Of a stretch of DNA of 25,265 bases, positions 1 through 8,319 are shown piece after piece. The position numbers and the translations under genes were made by a program. Below the pieces are notes generated by a model. It had not been told where the DNA came from, ran no database searches, and saw only the letters and a list, made by a program, of their open reading frames with translations. Position 1 is the stretch's first letter. Each line of letters opens with the position of its first letter. The stretch covers positions 1-25,265 of IMG/VR virus record IMGVR_UViG_3300048886_000141; one strand, written 5' to 3'. This DNA comes from a virus (taxonomy: Duplodnaviria; Caudoviricetes).

Positions 1-2
1 AT

Positions 3-77
3 TCAGGTTTTATAAGCGACATGATCGACCTTGATTGTATTGACTATGAGGCTCTTGCAGAACATTTGATGGAATAA
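3..77 (+). CDS. 3' end of a phage early protein (5'-truncated by the window)
   Basis: Open frame from the window edge, SGFISDMIDLDCIDYEALAEHLME, ending at TAA 75-77; translated by hand. Confidence 0.55.
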   Translation, partial: SGFISDMIDLDCIDYEALAEHLME

Positions 78-84
78 TTCTAAT

Positions 85-140
85 CACATTGGGATTGATC
101 CCCGGTTTTCCCTGGAACTTACCGCCGGGGATTTCCGGTG
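85..140 (+). other. GC-rich intergenic stem-loop (possible RNA processing or regulatory structure)
   Basis: ATCCCCGG (98-105) pairs with CCGGGGAT (125-132); further possible pairing outside; no U-tract follows. Confidence 0.45.
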
Positions 141-169
141 AGAGAAACAATAATTGAAAGGTTAGGATA

Positions 170-877
170 ATGTTAACCAAAACAGAAATAGCAATTAAAA
201 ATAGCGTGTCTTTATTCCATGTCCATAAGGTGAAATCCGTAACTGATGGCATGGGAAAAACTGAAAAGGTAATAAAGAAATCCACTAATGTTAAATTAGG
301 TAAAACTGTAAAATCCGGCATTTTTAAAGGTATGCCAATTTTCACAGTAACATTAGAGGAACGCGCGACATGTTCTAGCACTTGTGATCACTGGCGAACA
401 TGCTATGGAAACAACATGCCATTCGCAACGCGATATAGCGCCGATAGTGCATTGATTGACGCTATGGAAATTGAATTAATAGAATTAAATAGGAAGCACA
501 AGAACGGATTTCTGGTGCGCCTACATATTTTAGGTGATTTCTATAGCGTTGATTATGTCAATAAATGGGGAGAATGGCTTAATCAATTTGAAAATCTATA
601 TGTTTATGGTTATTCTGAACGGAAATCAAATACGCCAATCGGTAAAGCATTGGATAAATTACGGAAAACACATAGACAGCGTTTTATGGTTCGTGTTTCT
701 GGTGATTTTAATAGGCGAACTATGACTGCATTATCTTTTGATAATCCCCTGGCACTAAAACAGATTGCCAGAAAACAAGCTTTTGTTTGTCCAGTACAAG
801 AGAATAAAACGGATAGTTGCGGAACTTGTGGTCTATGCTGGACGGCGCAAAAGAACGTAGTATTCCATACTCATTAA
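170..877 (+). CDS. Gp88-like protein (Cys-rich, radical-SAM-like motif)
   Basis: 235 aa; NxKLGK, TCSSTCDHWRTCY (Cx3Cx5C), RLHILGDF, YGYS and C-terminal CP..CGTCGLC..H; RBS AAAGG/AGGA upstream. Confidence 0.75.
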   Translation: MLTKTEIAIKNSVSLFHVHKVKSVTDGMGKTEKVIKKSTNVKLGKTVKSGIFKGMPIFTVTLEERATCSSTCDHWRTCYGNNMPFATRYSADSALIDAMEIELIELNRKHKNGFLVRLHILGDFYSVDYVNKWGEWLNQFENLYVYGYSERKSNTPIGKALDKLRKTHRQRFMVRVSGDFNRRTMTALSFDNPLALKQIARKQAFVCPVQENKTDSCGTCGLCWTAQKNVVFHTH

Positions 878-895
878 TAGATAAGGATATTAATT

Positions 896-1111
896 ATGAT
901 TGATATATGGGAAAGATTGGCGCGAAGTAAAACCGACAATCAGATAACATTCGCTCTAAATGATATCAGGGAAACATTAGGCTTGCACAAGGATAAACCT
1001 TTGGATAATCCGTATATAATGCGCCTTAATGCTGAACGTGACGCTCTATTGACAGAATGTAGCAAACGCTGTATTGTTGAATTTAATCGAAAGGTAAAAT
1101 CATATGTTTAA
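896..1111 (+). CDS. hypothetical early protein
   Basis: 71 aa ORF, AAGGA RBS, co-oriented and tightly packed. Confidence 0.7.
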   Translation: MIDIWERLARSKTDNQITFALNDIRETLGLHKDKPLDNPYIMRLNAERDALLTECSKRCIVEFNRKVKSYV

Positions 1112-1124
1112 TTTAAAATATACC

Positions 1125-1154
1125 TTGACCATATTAGTGCTTATATGGTATGCT
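1125..1154 (+). promoter_or_regulatory. sigma70-type promoter
   Basis: TTGACC (1125-1130), 18 bp spacer, TGn-TATGCT (1149-1154); AT-rich upstream; intergenic. Confidence 0.6.
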
Positions 1155-1189
1155 TATGCTCTATTCGTAATTTAAAAAGGATTAAGACA

Positions 1190-1402
1190 ATGCGAAAATA
1201 TACCCAGATAACAATTTACCGCGAAGATATGAATAATAGACTTCATGGGAACATGTTTAATGGTTTACTTGAAGACTTAGGTATTAATACAACTGTCGTA
1301 GTAAATGGTAAAGCGATTGAGCGCGAAATTGACGAAATAACTTTATCCGTAGTTTGCAACGATGGTTATGATTTTTATGATCCAAACGAAGACGATAGCT
1401 AA
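1190..1402 (+). CDS. hypothetical early protein
   Basis: Start reassigned to ATG 1190 (MRKYTQ) after AAAAGGA; the longer ORF-track start at 1145 lies inside the promoter. Confidence 0.65.
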   Translation: MRKYTQITIYREDMNNRLHGNMFNGLLEDLGINTTVVVNGKAIEREIDEITLSVVCNDGYDFYDPNEDDS

Positions 1403-1473
1403 TGATTAATCCCATGATAATAATTTCACTAGGTATCATATGCATGGCGTATGTACTTCATATAATGCATTAA
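1402..1473 (+). CDS. 23-aa hydrophobic micropeptide
   Basis: MINPMIIISLGIICMAYVLHIMH; TAATG stop/start overlap; fills the gap between two genes. Confidence 0.4.
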   Translation: MINPMIIISLGIICMAYVLHIMH

Positions 1474-1486
1474 AAGGATTGAGGAT

Positions 1487-1666
1487 ATGAAAGAACAAAC
1501 TAGATTGTCCCTTGAACTTGAGTTATGGGACAACGAACGCCGGTATGTTACTATAGACGAACTTTTATTACTCGCCGAATACGGGTATAGAAGTATGCTT
1601 AAAGAGAAATCAAATATTGATTTATTAAACCTACATACCGAAACATTTAACTTTGGAAAGGACTAA
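1487..1666 (+). CDS. hypothetical protein, 59 aa (below ORF-track cutoff)
   Basis: MKEQTRLSLELELWDNE...FGKD; strong RBS AAGGATTGAGGA. Confidence 0.65.
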   Translation: MKEQTRLSLELELWDNERRYVTIDELLLLAEYGYRSMLKEKSNIDLLNLHTETFNFGKD

Positions 1667-1670
1667 GAAA

Positions 1671-1922
1671 ATGCGTTGTACGATTTGTGATGCCCAGTTG
1701 AATTTATCGGAAAGATTAAAGAAAGGTAATGAAGGTCAATTTATAGATGTATGCAATAACTGCATAGGTCATATCCATGCAGACCTAGGTGAAGACCATG
1801 CATATATTGGGGATATTGAAGACCCTACAGTCATCCACAATGACCTGAAGGGAAGCTTTAAAAATATTGTGGAACCTATTCAACGATTGCCTTGGTATGA
1901 TAACCCTTTGCGGAAAAAATAA
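1671..1922 (+). CDS. small Zn-finger protein
   Basis: MRCTIC...DVCNNC (two CxxC); RBS GGAAAGGA before ATG 1671. Confidence 0.7.
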   Translation: MRCTICDAQLNLSERLKKGNEGQFIDVCNNCIGHIHADLGEDHAYIGDIEDPTVIHNDLKGSFKNIVEPIQRLPWYDNPLRKK

Positions 1923-1925
1923 TGC

Positions 1926-1954
1926 TTGACAGACTGTTCTAATTAGTATACTAT
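1926..1954 (+). promoter_or_regulatory. sigma70-type promoter
   Basis: TTGACA (1926-1931), 17 bp spacer, TACTAT (1949-1954). Confidence 0.7.
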
Positions 1955-2042
1955 AGTACTTAGGTGCTTAAGAATCTTAAGGAATTAATCCTTAAATAAA
2001 TTCTTAAAGGAATTCCTTAAGAATTCTTGAGTAGATTTAAAT
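1941..2042. repeat. AT-rich palindromic CTTAA(G) repeat tract, candidate replication origin or protein-binding array
   Basis: CTTAAG at 1967, 1976, 2016; CTTAAA at 1991, 2003; inverted repeats TTAAGGA-N5-TCCTTAA (1977-1995), AAGGAATTCCTT (2007-2018), AAGAATTCTT (2019-2028); non-coding. Confidence 0.7.
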
Positions 2043-2052
2043 AGATAGGTGG

Positions 2053-2295
2053 ATGGTCTACATGGAAAGTTTCGATCATTGGATATACCTACAGGATGAG
2101 GCACCTAGCATTGGTAGCGGCTGGCGCTTTGTTAACGTGAAGGTAGGTCGTAAATGGGTCTATCTTGCCGGTAAGACCGGGAGGCGAAAGATTAGTATTG
2201 GACAATGGAATAATATCAAATCCACTATGGAGCGGTATCATATCCGAAATGGTATAGATAACCCTCTAAACACTTTTATTGATAAGGGTGAATGA
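2053..2295 (+). CDS. hypothetical protein
   Basis: 80 aa ORF following the promoter/repeat tract, AGGT/GGA upstream. Confidence 0.65.
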   Translation: MVYMESFDHWIYLQDEAPSIGSGWRFVNVKVGRKWVYLAGKTGRRKISIGQWNNIKSTMERYHIRNGIDNPLNTFIDKGE

Positions 2296-2296
2296 T

Positions 2297-2506
2297 ATGA
2301 GTAAAATGAAAAATTGGATGATGGACATTCAAGCTTTCTGTGATGGTTATTTTCATGGTGATGGTGAGAATGATTTTGAGATTAGCGAGATAGTGGAGGA
2401 CGTAGGTATGTACTTCAAATCTAATGATGCGAAGAACTACGCCCAAGCTTATTTGAATACGACACAGGGGCCAACGGAGAAGGAAAATGGTGGATCAAAA
2501 ACATAA
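2297..2506 (+). CDS. hypothetical protein
   Basis: Likely start ATG 2297 (MSKMKNWMMDI) after AAGGGTG; ORF track starts at 2279. Confidence 0.65.
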   Translation: MSKMKNWMMDIQAFCDGYFHGDGENDFEISEIVEDVGMYFKSNDAKNYAQAYLNTTQGPTEKENGGSKT

Positions 2507-2684
2507 TCGGCGTAATCGACGGCGTCAATTTAATAAAAAAAGAAATCCTGAAAAGGTTTTGATGGATCGATTTACCTCGCCTCAAGTTTTCCGCTCAAGG
2601 AAAATTGCACTACAGGAAAGAGAGGTGGAGCGAGATTTAAACAACTTTTTAATCGAGGAAGGACAGGACGATGAACGAACTTGA
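2487..2684 (+). CDS. small basic Arg-rich protein
   Basis: 65 aa; HNRRNRRRQFNKKR; RBS GGAGAAGGA. Confidence 0.65.
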   Translation: MVDQKHNRRNRRRQFNKKRNPEKVLMDRFTSPQVFRSRKIALQEREVERDLNNFLIEEGQDDERT

Positions 2685-2886
2685 GTATGTAGCTGTTCCA
2701 GTGGACCTAGGATTATTTGAAAGAACTAAATTAGGTTCAAATTTTGCCGGTGGAACGGTGATTGATGGAATACTTGATGATGCCAGGGATCAATGCGTTT
2801 TAGTTGTTCGAATTGATGATACTCATTTGGATGATGGTATTCCACCCTGGATGAAAAGTGAAGAGGATTTAGAAAATGCAGCCTGA
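2671..2886 (+). CDS. hypothetical acidic protein
   Basis: 71 aa; RBS AGGA; overlaps both neighbours. Confidence 0.65.
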   Translation: MNELEYVAVPVDLGLFERTKLGSNFAGGTVIDGILDDARDQCVLVVRIDDTHLDDGIPPWMKSEEDLENAA

Positions 2887-3070
2887 TGGACCTACACCAT
2901 TCCAAGTACATATTGTGTTTAGATATGATGGCTATGATTTCGCTGGTGTTGAGGGTGTATACCTCGATAAACTGAATGCGGAGGATGCAAGAGATATCTT
3001 CAATGGAACATCAATGGTAGATACGTTCTTTGTAAAGACCTTTAAAGTAAAGGATATGGAAAGGATATAG
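2876..3070 (+). CDS. hypothetical protein
   Basis: 64 aa; GAGGA RBS; overlapping operon arrangement. Confidence 0.65.
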   Translation: MQPDGPTPFQVHIVFRYDGYDFAGVEGVYLDKLNAEDARDIFNGTSMVDTFFVKTFKVKDMERI

Positions 3071-3074
3071 CATA

Positions 3075-3242
3075 ATGACTTTTGAAAGTGGGATAAAGCC
3101 CAAAGTAAAGAACAAGATAAATGAAAGTATTAATTATGCCTATACTATAAAGGAACATAGCGAAAACTTAGTAGTTAGATGTCTTTGCGAAAAGATGGAA
3201 AATCTTTTGATGGATATCAGGGATGATGTAGAAAAATTATAA
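3075..3242 (+). CDS. hypothetical protein, 55 aa (below ORF-track cutoff)
   Basis: MTFESGIKPK...DVEKL; RBS GGAAAGGA; fills the gap up to the promoter. Confidence 0.55.
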   Translation: MTFESGIKPKVKNKINESINYAYTIKEHSENLVVRCLCEKMENLLMDIRDDVEKL

Positions 3243-3248
3243 AAAGAC

Positions 3249-3277
3249 TTGACAACGGTAATCCACTCTGATATTCT
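3249..3277 (+). promoter_or_regulatory. sigma70-type promoter of the replication operon
   Basis: TTGACA (3249-3254), 17 bp spacer, extended -10 TGn-TATTCT (3272-3277), A-tract upstream. Confidence 0.8.
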
Positions 3278-3322
3278 ATTGGTAGTTATGGTAGTTAACA
3301 TTTTAGGAAAGGACAAAAGATT

Positions 3323-3697
3323 ATGATCACAGAAGGAACAGTCGCATTTTGCAATCTGTCAGAGACAGAGAAGTACCAAGGCCAAGATACTGGCCGTTAC
3401 AGTGTAGTGATTAGCATCGATGATGATGATGCTGGTACACTAGAGGACCTAGGAATTAATCTAAAGGAATACGAAGGAAAGAAGCAGCGAAAGTTCGTAA
3501 CGAAGTTCTCGCACTTCCCGGTCATCGATTTAGATGGTGAAGTTACCTCTAAACATATTCCTTATGGTTCCAAAATTAGGGTACTCTGGGAGCCATCCCA
3601 ACCCCATCCAACGTGGGGTGTATCACCTTATCTGAAAAAGGTTAAGGTCTTAGAACTTGCGGATACCGGAGATGATGGGGACGAAGAGGGATTTTAA
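3323..3697 (+). CDS. single-stranded DNA-binding protein (T7 gp2.5-like)
   Basis: 124 aa; acidic C-terminal tail ending in Phe (DDGDEEGF); directly upstream of the primase-helicase. Confidence 0.75.
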   Translation: MITEGTVAFCNLSETEKYQGQDTGRYSVVISIDDDDAGTLEDLGINLKEYEGKKQRKFVTKFSHFPVIDLDGEVTSKHIPYGSKIRVLWEPSQPHPTWGVSPYLKKVKVLELADTGDDGDEEGF

Positions 3698-5341
3698 TTG
3701 ATGTCTGATTTCCTTTTTAAGGCTCCATGTCCAGCTTGTAGAGAATTGGGCCAGGACCGCAAAGGAGATAATCTTGCAGTCTATGATGATGATCATGGTT
3801 ACTGCTTCAAATGTGGTCATGTGGAGGGGTCGCCAAATATGGACCCCTCCCCGGCCCCTAGATTGAAAGGTCCAGAGATGACTGGTGTTCCAGGCGCGAT
3901 TAAGGACAGACGCATTACTGAAAGTATCGTAAGAAAATTTGGCGTTACTCTTGAGTACAACAAAGATGGTAGTATTTCTAAGCACCATTACCCGTATTAT
4001 AATATGGATACTGAAGAGGTAATATCGACTAAATCCAGATGTTGTAAGACTAAGGACTTTTATTTTTCAGGCTTTGGTACATTAGGTGAAGCCGGATTAT
4101 TTGGTCAACAGGTCTGGCCTTCAGGCGGTAAGTTTATCACCGTAACAGAAGGTGAAATAGATGCAATGGCCGTGTCAGAAATGTTTGACGGCAAATGGCC
4201 TGTAGTATCTTTAAAGACTGGGGCGGCAGGAGCCGTCAAGGACATTAAACAATCCCTTGAGTGGCTGGAGACATTTGAGAAGGTAGTCATTTGTTTTGAC
4301 AATGATCCTGCAGGGAAGAAGGCAACAAGAGAAGTCTTAAATTTATTCTCACCGGGCAAAGTTAAGAGCATCTCCCTACCATTGAAAGATGCCGGGGATA
4401 TGCTGCAGGAGGGCAAGGTTCAGGAGTTCGTGAAGGCATGGTGGAACTCAAAAGATTACCGGCCAGACGGTATTGTCACCCTTAAGGACATTATAAAGGA
4501 AATCGAGGAAGAAGAGGAGGTAGAGAGCGTTGACTATCCTTGGGAATGCCTTAATGAGAAGACGCATGGGTTTAGGGCAGGGGAGTTAGTTACGATCACT
4601 TCTGGCGCAGGGATGGGGAAGTCCCAATTCATGCGTGAAGTTGAGTATCACCTCTATAACGTAACGAATGACATAATAGGTATTATAGCCCTTGAGGAAG
4701 TCCCTAAGATGTCCGGTCTTGGTGTAGCATCAATCCTGGCGAACAAACCTCTACACAGATTGCCTAGGGATATGAGTAATAGCCTAGCCAAAGAAGAAAA
4801 ACTTAAGTGGCTTAGACAACTTGATGATACACGGTTTAGTTTCTGGAAACACTGGGGTTCCACAAATGAGGATAACCTTTTCAGTCGCATAAGATACATG
4901 GCGAAGGCGTTTGACTGCAAGTGGTTTGTTCTGGATCACCTTAGTATCATAGTTTCGGATCAGGACATGGACGATGAAAGAAAAGCCATTGATAGTATTA
5001 TGACTAAACTCCGTTCACTTGTCCAAGAGCTAAACATAGGCATGTTTCTTGTCTCTCATCTAAAAAGACCAACAGGAAAGGCACATGAAGACGGTGGACA
5101 GATATCATTGGCTGAACTACGAGGGTCCGCATCTATTGCCCAGCTAAGTGATATCGTACTGGGTCTTGAAAGAAATCAACAGCATGAGGATGAGGACATT
5201 AGGAACACAACTACCGTCAGAGTCCTAAAAAATAGGTTCACTGGCCTCACTGGCCCAGCTTGTTATCTCTACTATGACCAAGAGACAGGCCGCATGTCTT
5301 CAGTGTCCAAACCGGGTGAGGTAGAGACAGATGCTTTCTAG
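3698..5341 (+). CDS. T7 gp4-like DNA primase-helicase
   Basis: Zn ribbon CPAC..CFKC; TOPRIM EGEIDA, FDND, KDA; SF4 helicase motifs SGAGMGKS, VLDHL, VSHL, ELRGS, KNRF. Confidence 0.97.
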   Translation: MMSDFLFKAPCPACRELGQDRKGDNLAVYDDDHGYCFKCGHVEGSPNMDPSPAPRLKGPEMTGVPGAIKDRRITESIVRKFGVTLEYNKDGSISKHHYPYYNMDTEEVISTKSRCCKTKDFYFSGFGTLGEAGLFGQQVWPSGGKFITVTEGEIDAMAVSEMFDGKWPVVSLKTGAAGAVKDIKQSLEWLETFEKVVICFDNDPAGKKATREVLNLFSPGKVKSISLPLKDAGDMLQEGKVQEFVKAWWNSKDYRPDGIVTLKDIIKEIEEEEEVESVDYPWECLNEKTHGFRAGELVTITSGAGMGKSQFMREVEYHLYNVTNDIIGIIALEEVPKMSGLGVASILANKPLHRLPRDMSNSLAKEEKLKWLRQLDDTRFSFWKHWGSTNEDNLFSRIRYMAKAFDCKWFVLDHLSIIVSDQDMDDERKAIDSIMTKLRSLVQELNIGMFLVSHLKRPTGKAHEDGGQISLAELRGSASIAQLSDIVLGLERNQQHEDEDIRNTTTVRVLKNRFTGLTGPACYLYYDQETGRMSSVSKPGEVETDAF

Positions 5342-5807
5342 GCTTGAGATTTCACGGAGAGATGGAACCAGAGGACAGATAAACAAAGAGATATATATCC
5401 TAAAGGAGACTAATGGATATTGCGAAATATGTAAAGAGAAATGGCCGGTGGATGTCTTTTGTTTTCATCATATTAATCCTTCTCAAAAACTTTTCGCTGT
5501 AGGACAAGACCGTTGGAGAGGGATTAACGGTCCCCGTCAAAGCACATTAGATGAAGCCGATAAATGTGCAATACTTTGTCTTAATTGTCATGCATTAGAG
5601 CATAAGGCTCTTAATAGAGGTGAGACTTTAATCAATGACAACGAAACTTATCTTAGATATAGAAACAAACACTTTTCCAGTGACAAAAATCTTTGTGATA
5701 TCGACAAAGGATTTACAGACAGGAGAAGTGAAAAGTTACAAAGAGCCAATCAATCCACAACAGATAAAGGAGGTTATGGACAGTTATGTTTTACTCATTG
5801 GTCATAA
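5331..5807 (+). CDS. HNH (putative homing) endonuclease
   Basis: CEIC...FHHINP...LCLNCHALEH Zn/HNH signature; sits between helicase and polymerase. Confidence 0.8.
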   Translation: MLSRLEISRRDGTRGQINKEIYILKETNGYCEICKEKWPVDVFCFHHINPSQKLFAVGQDRWRGINGPRQSTLDEADKCAILCLNCHALEHKALNRGETLINDNETYLRYRNKHFSSDKNLCDIDKGFTDRRSEKLQRANQSTTDKGGYGQLCFTHWS

Positions 5808-7368
5808 TGTTATTGACTTTGATCTTAATGTGATAGAGAAGGTCTTAGGTATTGATACCTCCGGGTATAATGTTATAGATACTTTAACCTTATCACGCCT
5901 GTATAATCCTCAACTGGAGGGAGGTCATTCTCTTAGAGCTTGGGGAGATCGCCTTGGTTTTCCAAAGGGATCACACGAAGACTATACAAAATTATCACCG
6001 GAGATGGTTGAATATTGTGAACAGGATTGTGAGGTCACACATAAGCTCTATGACAAACTCATAAAAAAATTGGAACCCTACGGTGATCAGAGTATTGAAC
6101 TTGAACATGATGTACAACGGATAATAACTAAACAAACTAATGCTGGCTGGCTCTTGGATCAGGGGAAATGTTTTGATCTATTGGCTAAACTTAAACAGAG
6201 ACGAATGGAGGTAGAAGATGATGTACATAAAAAGTTTAAAGCGTTACCTATTTTTGTTAAAAAGGTCACGCCTAAGTACAAGAAGGATGGTGAGCTTAGT
6301 AATGTGGGCCTTAAGTTTCTTGGTTCTGATCTGGGTGATATATGTGGCGAGTTCAGCCGTATTGAATGGCCTCAATTTAACTTAAGCTCCAGACAACAGA
6401 TCGCAAAACACCTACAATTTTTTGGGTGGAAACCAAAAGTGTTTACCGAAAAGGGTCACCCAATTGTGGATGAGGTTGTCTTGAGCAAGGTTAAAAATAT
6501 CCCGGAGGCTCAATTGATAGCTGAATATATTTTGCTTCAGAAACGATCAGCACAGGTACTATCATGGATTAAGGCTGTTGATGAGGATGATCACAGAGTA
6601 CACGGTCAGGTTAACCCTATAGGGGCTGTAACGGCCCGTATGACGCATTCAGGCCCGAATATGGCTCAAGTACCCGCCTCTTATTCACCATACGGTAACG
6701 AGTGCAGAGCCTGTTGGATAGCAAAACCCGGCTACAAGTTGGTTGGTGTTGATGCTTCGGGCTTAGAGCTTAGAATGCTGGCGCACTACATGGATGATGA
6801 GGAGTATACTCATGAAGTCACAAACGGAGATGTACATACTGCAAACCAAAAAGCTGCTGGAATTGCAACAAGAGACAACGCAAAAACTTTTATCTATGCA
6901 TTCCTGTATGGGGCAGGAGACAAAAAAATCGGAAGCATTGTCGGAGGTTCTAGCAGAACTGGAGCAAAGCTTAAAGAAAAATTTTTGGAAAATACACCGT
7001 CTCTGCGAAATCTTAGAGAACGAGTTACAGCCAAATCTGTTCAAGGGTATCTTAAAGGATTAGATGGCAGAAAACTAATAGTTCGTAGCACCCATGCCTC
7101 CCTTAATACCCTACTTCAGTCTGCCGGTGCAATTATTATGAAAAAGAGCTTGACTATCTTAGAAGAGTATGCTAGTATATATAATATAGACTTTAATTTC
7201 GTAGGGAATATTCATGATGAATTTCAAGTGGAGGTCAGAGAGGATCAAGCAGAAAAATTTGGTTGGTTAGCAGTTGAGTGTATAAAGGCCGCTGGAATTC
7301 GATTGAACTTAAAATGTCCCTTGGACGGTGAATATAAGGTAGGTGATACATGGGCAGAGACACATTAA
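5635..7368 (+). CDS. polA: family A DNA polymerase with 3'-5' exonuclease (T7 gp5-like)
   Basis: Exo motifs DIET, GHNVIDFD, YCEQD; motif A DASGLELR, motif B RDNAKTFIYAFLYG (Tyr at 762), motif C IHDE. Confidence 0.97.
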   Translation: MTTKLILDIETNTFPVTKIFVISTKDLQTGEVKSYKEPINPQQIKEVMDSYVLLIGHNVIDFDLNVIEKVLGIDTSGYNVIDTLTLSRLYNPQLEGGHSLRAWGDRLGFPKGSHEDYTKLSPEMVEYCEQDCEVTHKLYDKLIKKLEPYGDQSIELEHDVQRIITKQTNAGWLLDQGKCFDLLAKLKQRRMEVEDDVHKKFKALPIFVKKVTPKYKKDGELSNVGLKFLGSDLGDICGEFSRIEWPQFNLSSRQQIAKHLQFFGWKPKVFTEKGHPIVDEVVLSKVKNIPEAQLIAEYILLQKRSAQVLSWIKAVDEDDHRVHGQVNPIGAVTARMTHSGPNMAQVPASYSPYGNECRACWIAKPGYKLVGVDASGLELRMLAHYMDDEEYTHEVTNGDVHTANQKAAGIATRDNAKTFIYAFLYGAGDKKIGSIVGGSSRTGAKLKEKFLENTPSLRNLRERVTAKSVQGYLKGLDGRKLIVRSTHASLNTLLQSAGAIIMKKSLTILEEYASIYNIDFNFVGNIHDEFQVEVREDQAEKFGWLAVECIKAAGIRLNLKCPLDGEYKVGDTWAETH

Positions 7369-7383
7369 CTTTGGAGATTAAAT

Positions 7384-8319
7384 ATGACAGGTAAGACGCT
7401 AGATACTTTAGTCGAAGATATTTATCAATTCATGAAGGACAAGAATGCCCCTGAAGGGGTAGACATTGCGGCAGAGATTGACAAGTTTACCTCCAATATG
7501 AAGGCAACAATGGAGAAGGAGTTCTTGCCATCAAAGCGTTCTTACGATGGCCGCAAACTTCGCCTGTCCAGTATAGGTAAACAAGACCTTCAACAGTGGT
7601 TCTCTGCAAATAAATTCTCCGGTGAGAAACTTCTGCCAAAGACACTAATCAAATTTATGTATGGACATATCGTTGAGGAGTTCATTCTTATGCTTGTCCG
7701 TATGACCGGCCATGAAGTCACTGATGAACAGAAAGAAGTTTCTGTCGGTGGTATCAAAGGGCATATGGACTGCAAGATTGATGGCGTTACGATTGACGTT
7801 AAGTCAACCACTAAGTTTGGTATAAAAGATTTTCAGAATGGTACTTTAGCAATGAATGATGGCTTTGGTTATGTTGATCAAGTCAAGGCGTATGCTCATG
7901 CTGAAGGGGAAACCAAATTTGGCTGGCTTGCTATGTGCAAGCAGAATGGAACACTCGCCGTCCTGACATATGACCTTAAAGATAAAAATAATCCAATGTA
8001 CAAACATTATTCTGGAGATATTGAAGAAAGAGTAAAGCATGTAAAAAAGTTAGTAGAGCTTCCAGATCGCCCGTCTCGATGCTCTTCTCATATAGAAACT
8101 TTTTATGGGCAACAAGAGGATGGAAAGTCAGGCAACTTAAAGCTATCTACTGGCTGCTCGTATTGCAAGTACAAGAAACATTGCTATCCAGAAGTGCGAG
8201 GTTGGTATACAGGTGGTGGACCAAAGTTTTTAACTACCGTCATAAATATACCAAAGAATAAGCATGGGGTTCCACAACAAGAAATTAATTTGAATAGAGG
8301 AGAAGTTGATTATGGTTGA
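7384..8319 (+). CDS. PD-(D/E)XK (RecB/Cas4-like) exonuclease
   Basis: GHIVE, GHMD..IDVKS, QVKAY and C-terminal CSYCKYKKHC. Confidence 0.85.
   Translation: MTGKTLDTLVEDIYQFMKDKNAPEGVDIAAEIDKFTSNMKATMEKEFLPSKRSYDGRKLRLSSIGKQDLQQWFSANKFSGEKLLPKTLIKFMYGHIVEEFILMLVRMTGHEVTDEQKEVSVGGIKGHMDCKIDGVTIDVKSTTKFGIKDFQNGTLAMNDGFGYVDQVKAYAHAEGETKFGWLAMCKQNGTLAVLTYDLKDKNNPMYKHYSGDIEERVKHVKKLVELPDRPSRCSSHIETFYGQQEDGKSGNLKLSTGCSYCKYKKHCYPEVRGWYTGGGPKFLTTVINIPKNKHGVPQQEINLNRGEVDYG

Noticed and set aside
10-381. 123-aa minus-strand ORF
   Set aside because: Antisense shadow of the Gp88-like gene in an otherwise + strand region; no recognisable motif
1941-2042. Possible CRISPR or mini-array
   Set aside because: No constant-length repeats with unique spacers; the Cas4-like nuclease is in a replication context with no other cas genes
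5331-5634. Group I intron or intein around the HNH gene
   Set aside because: Helicase and polymerase are both intact and uninterrupted; no non-coding room for a ribozyme core; no intein termini
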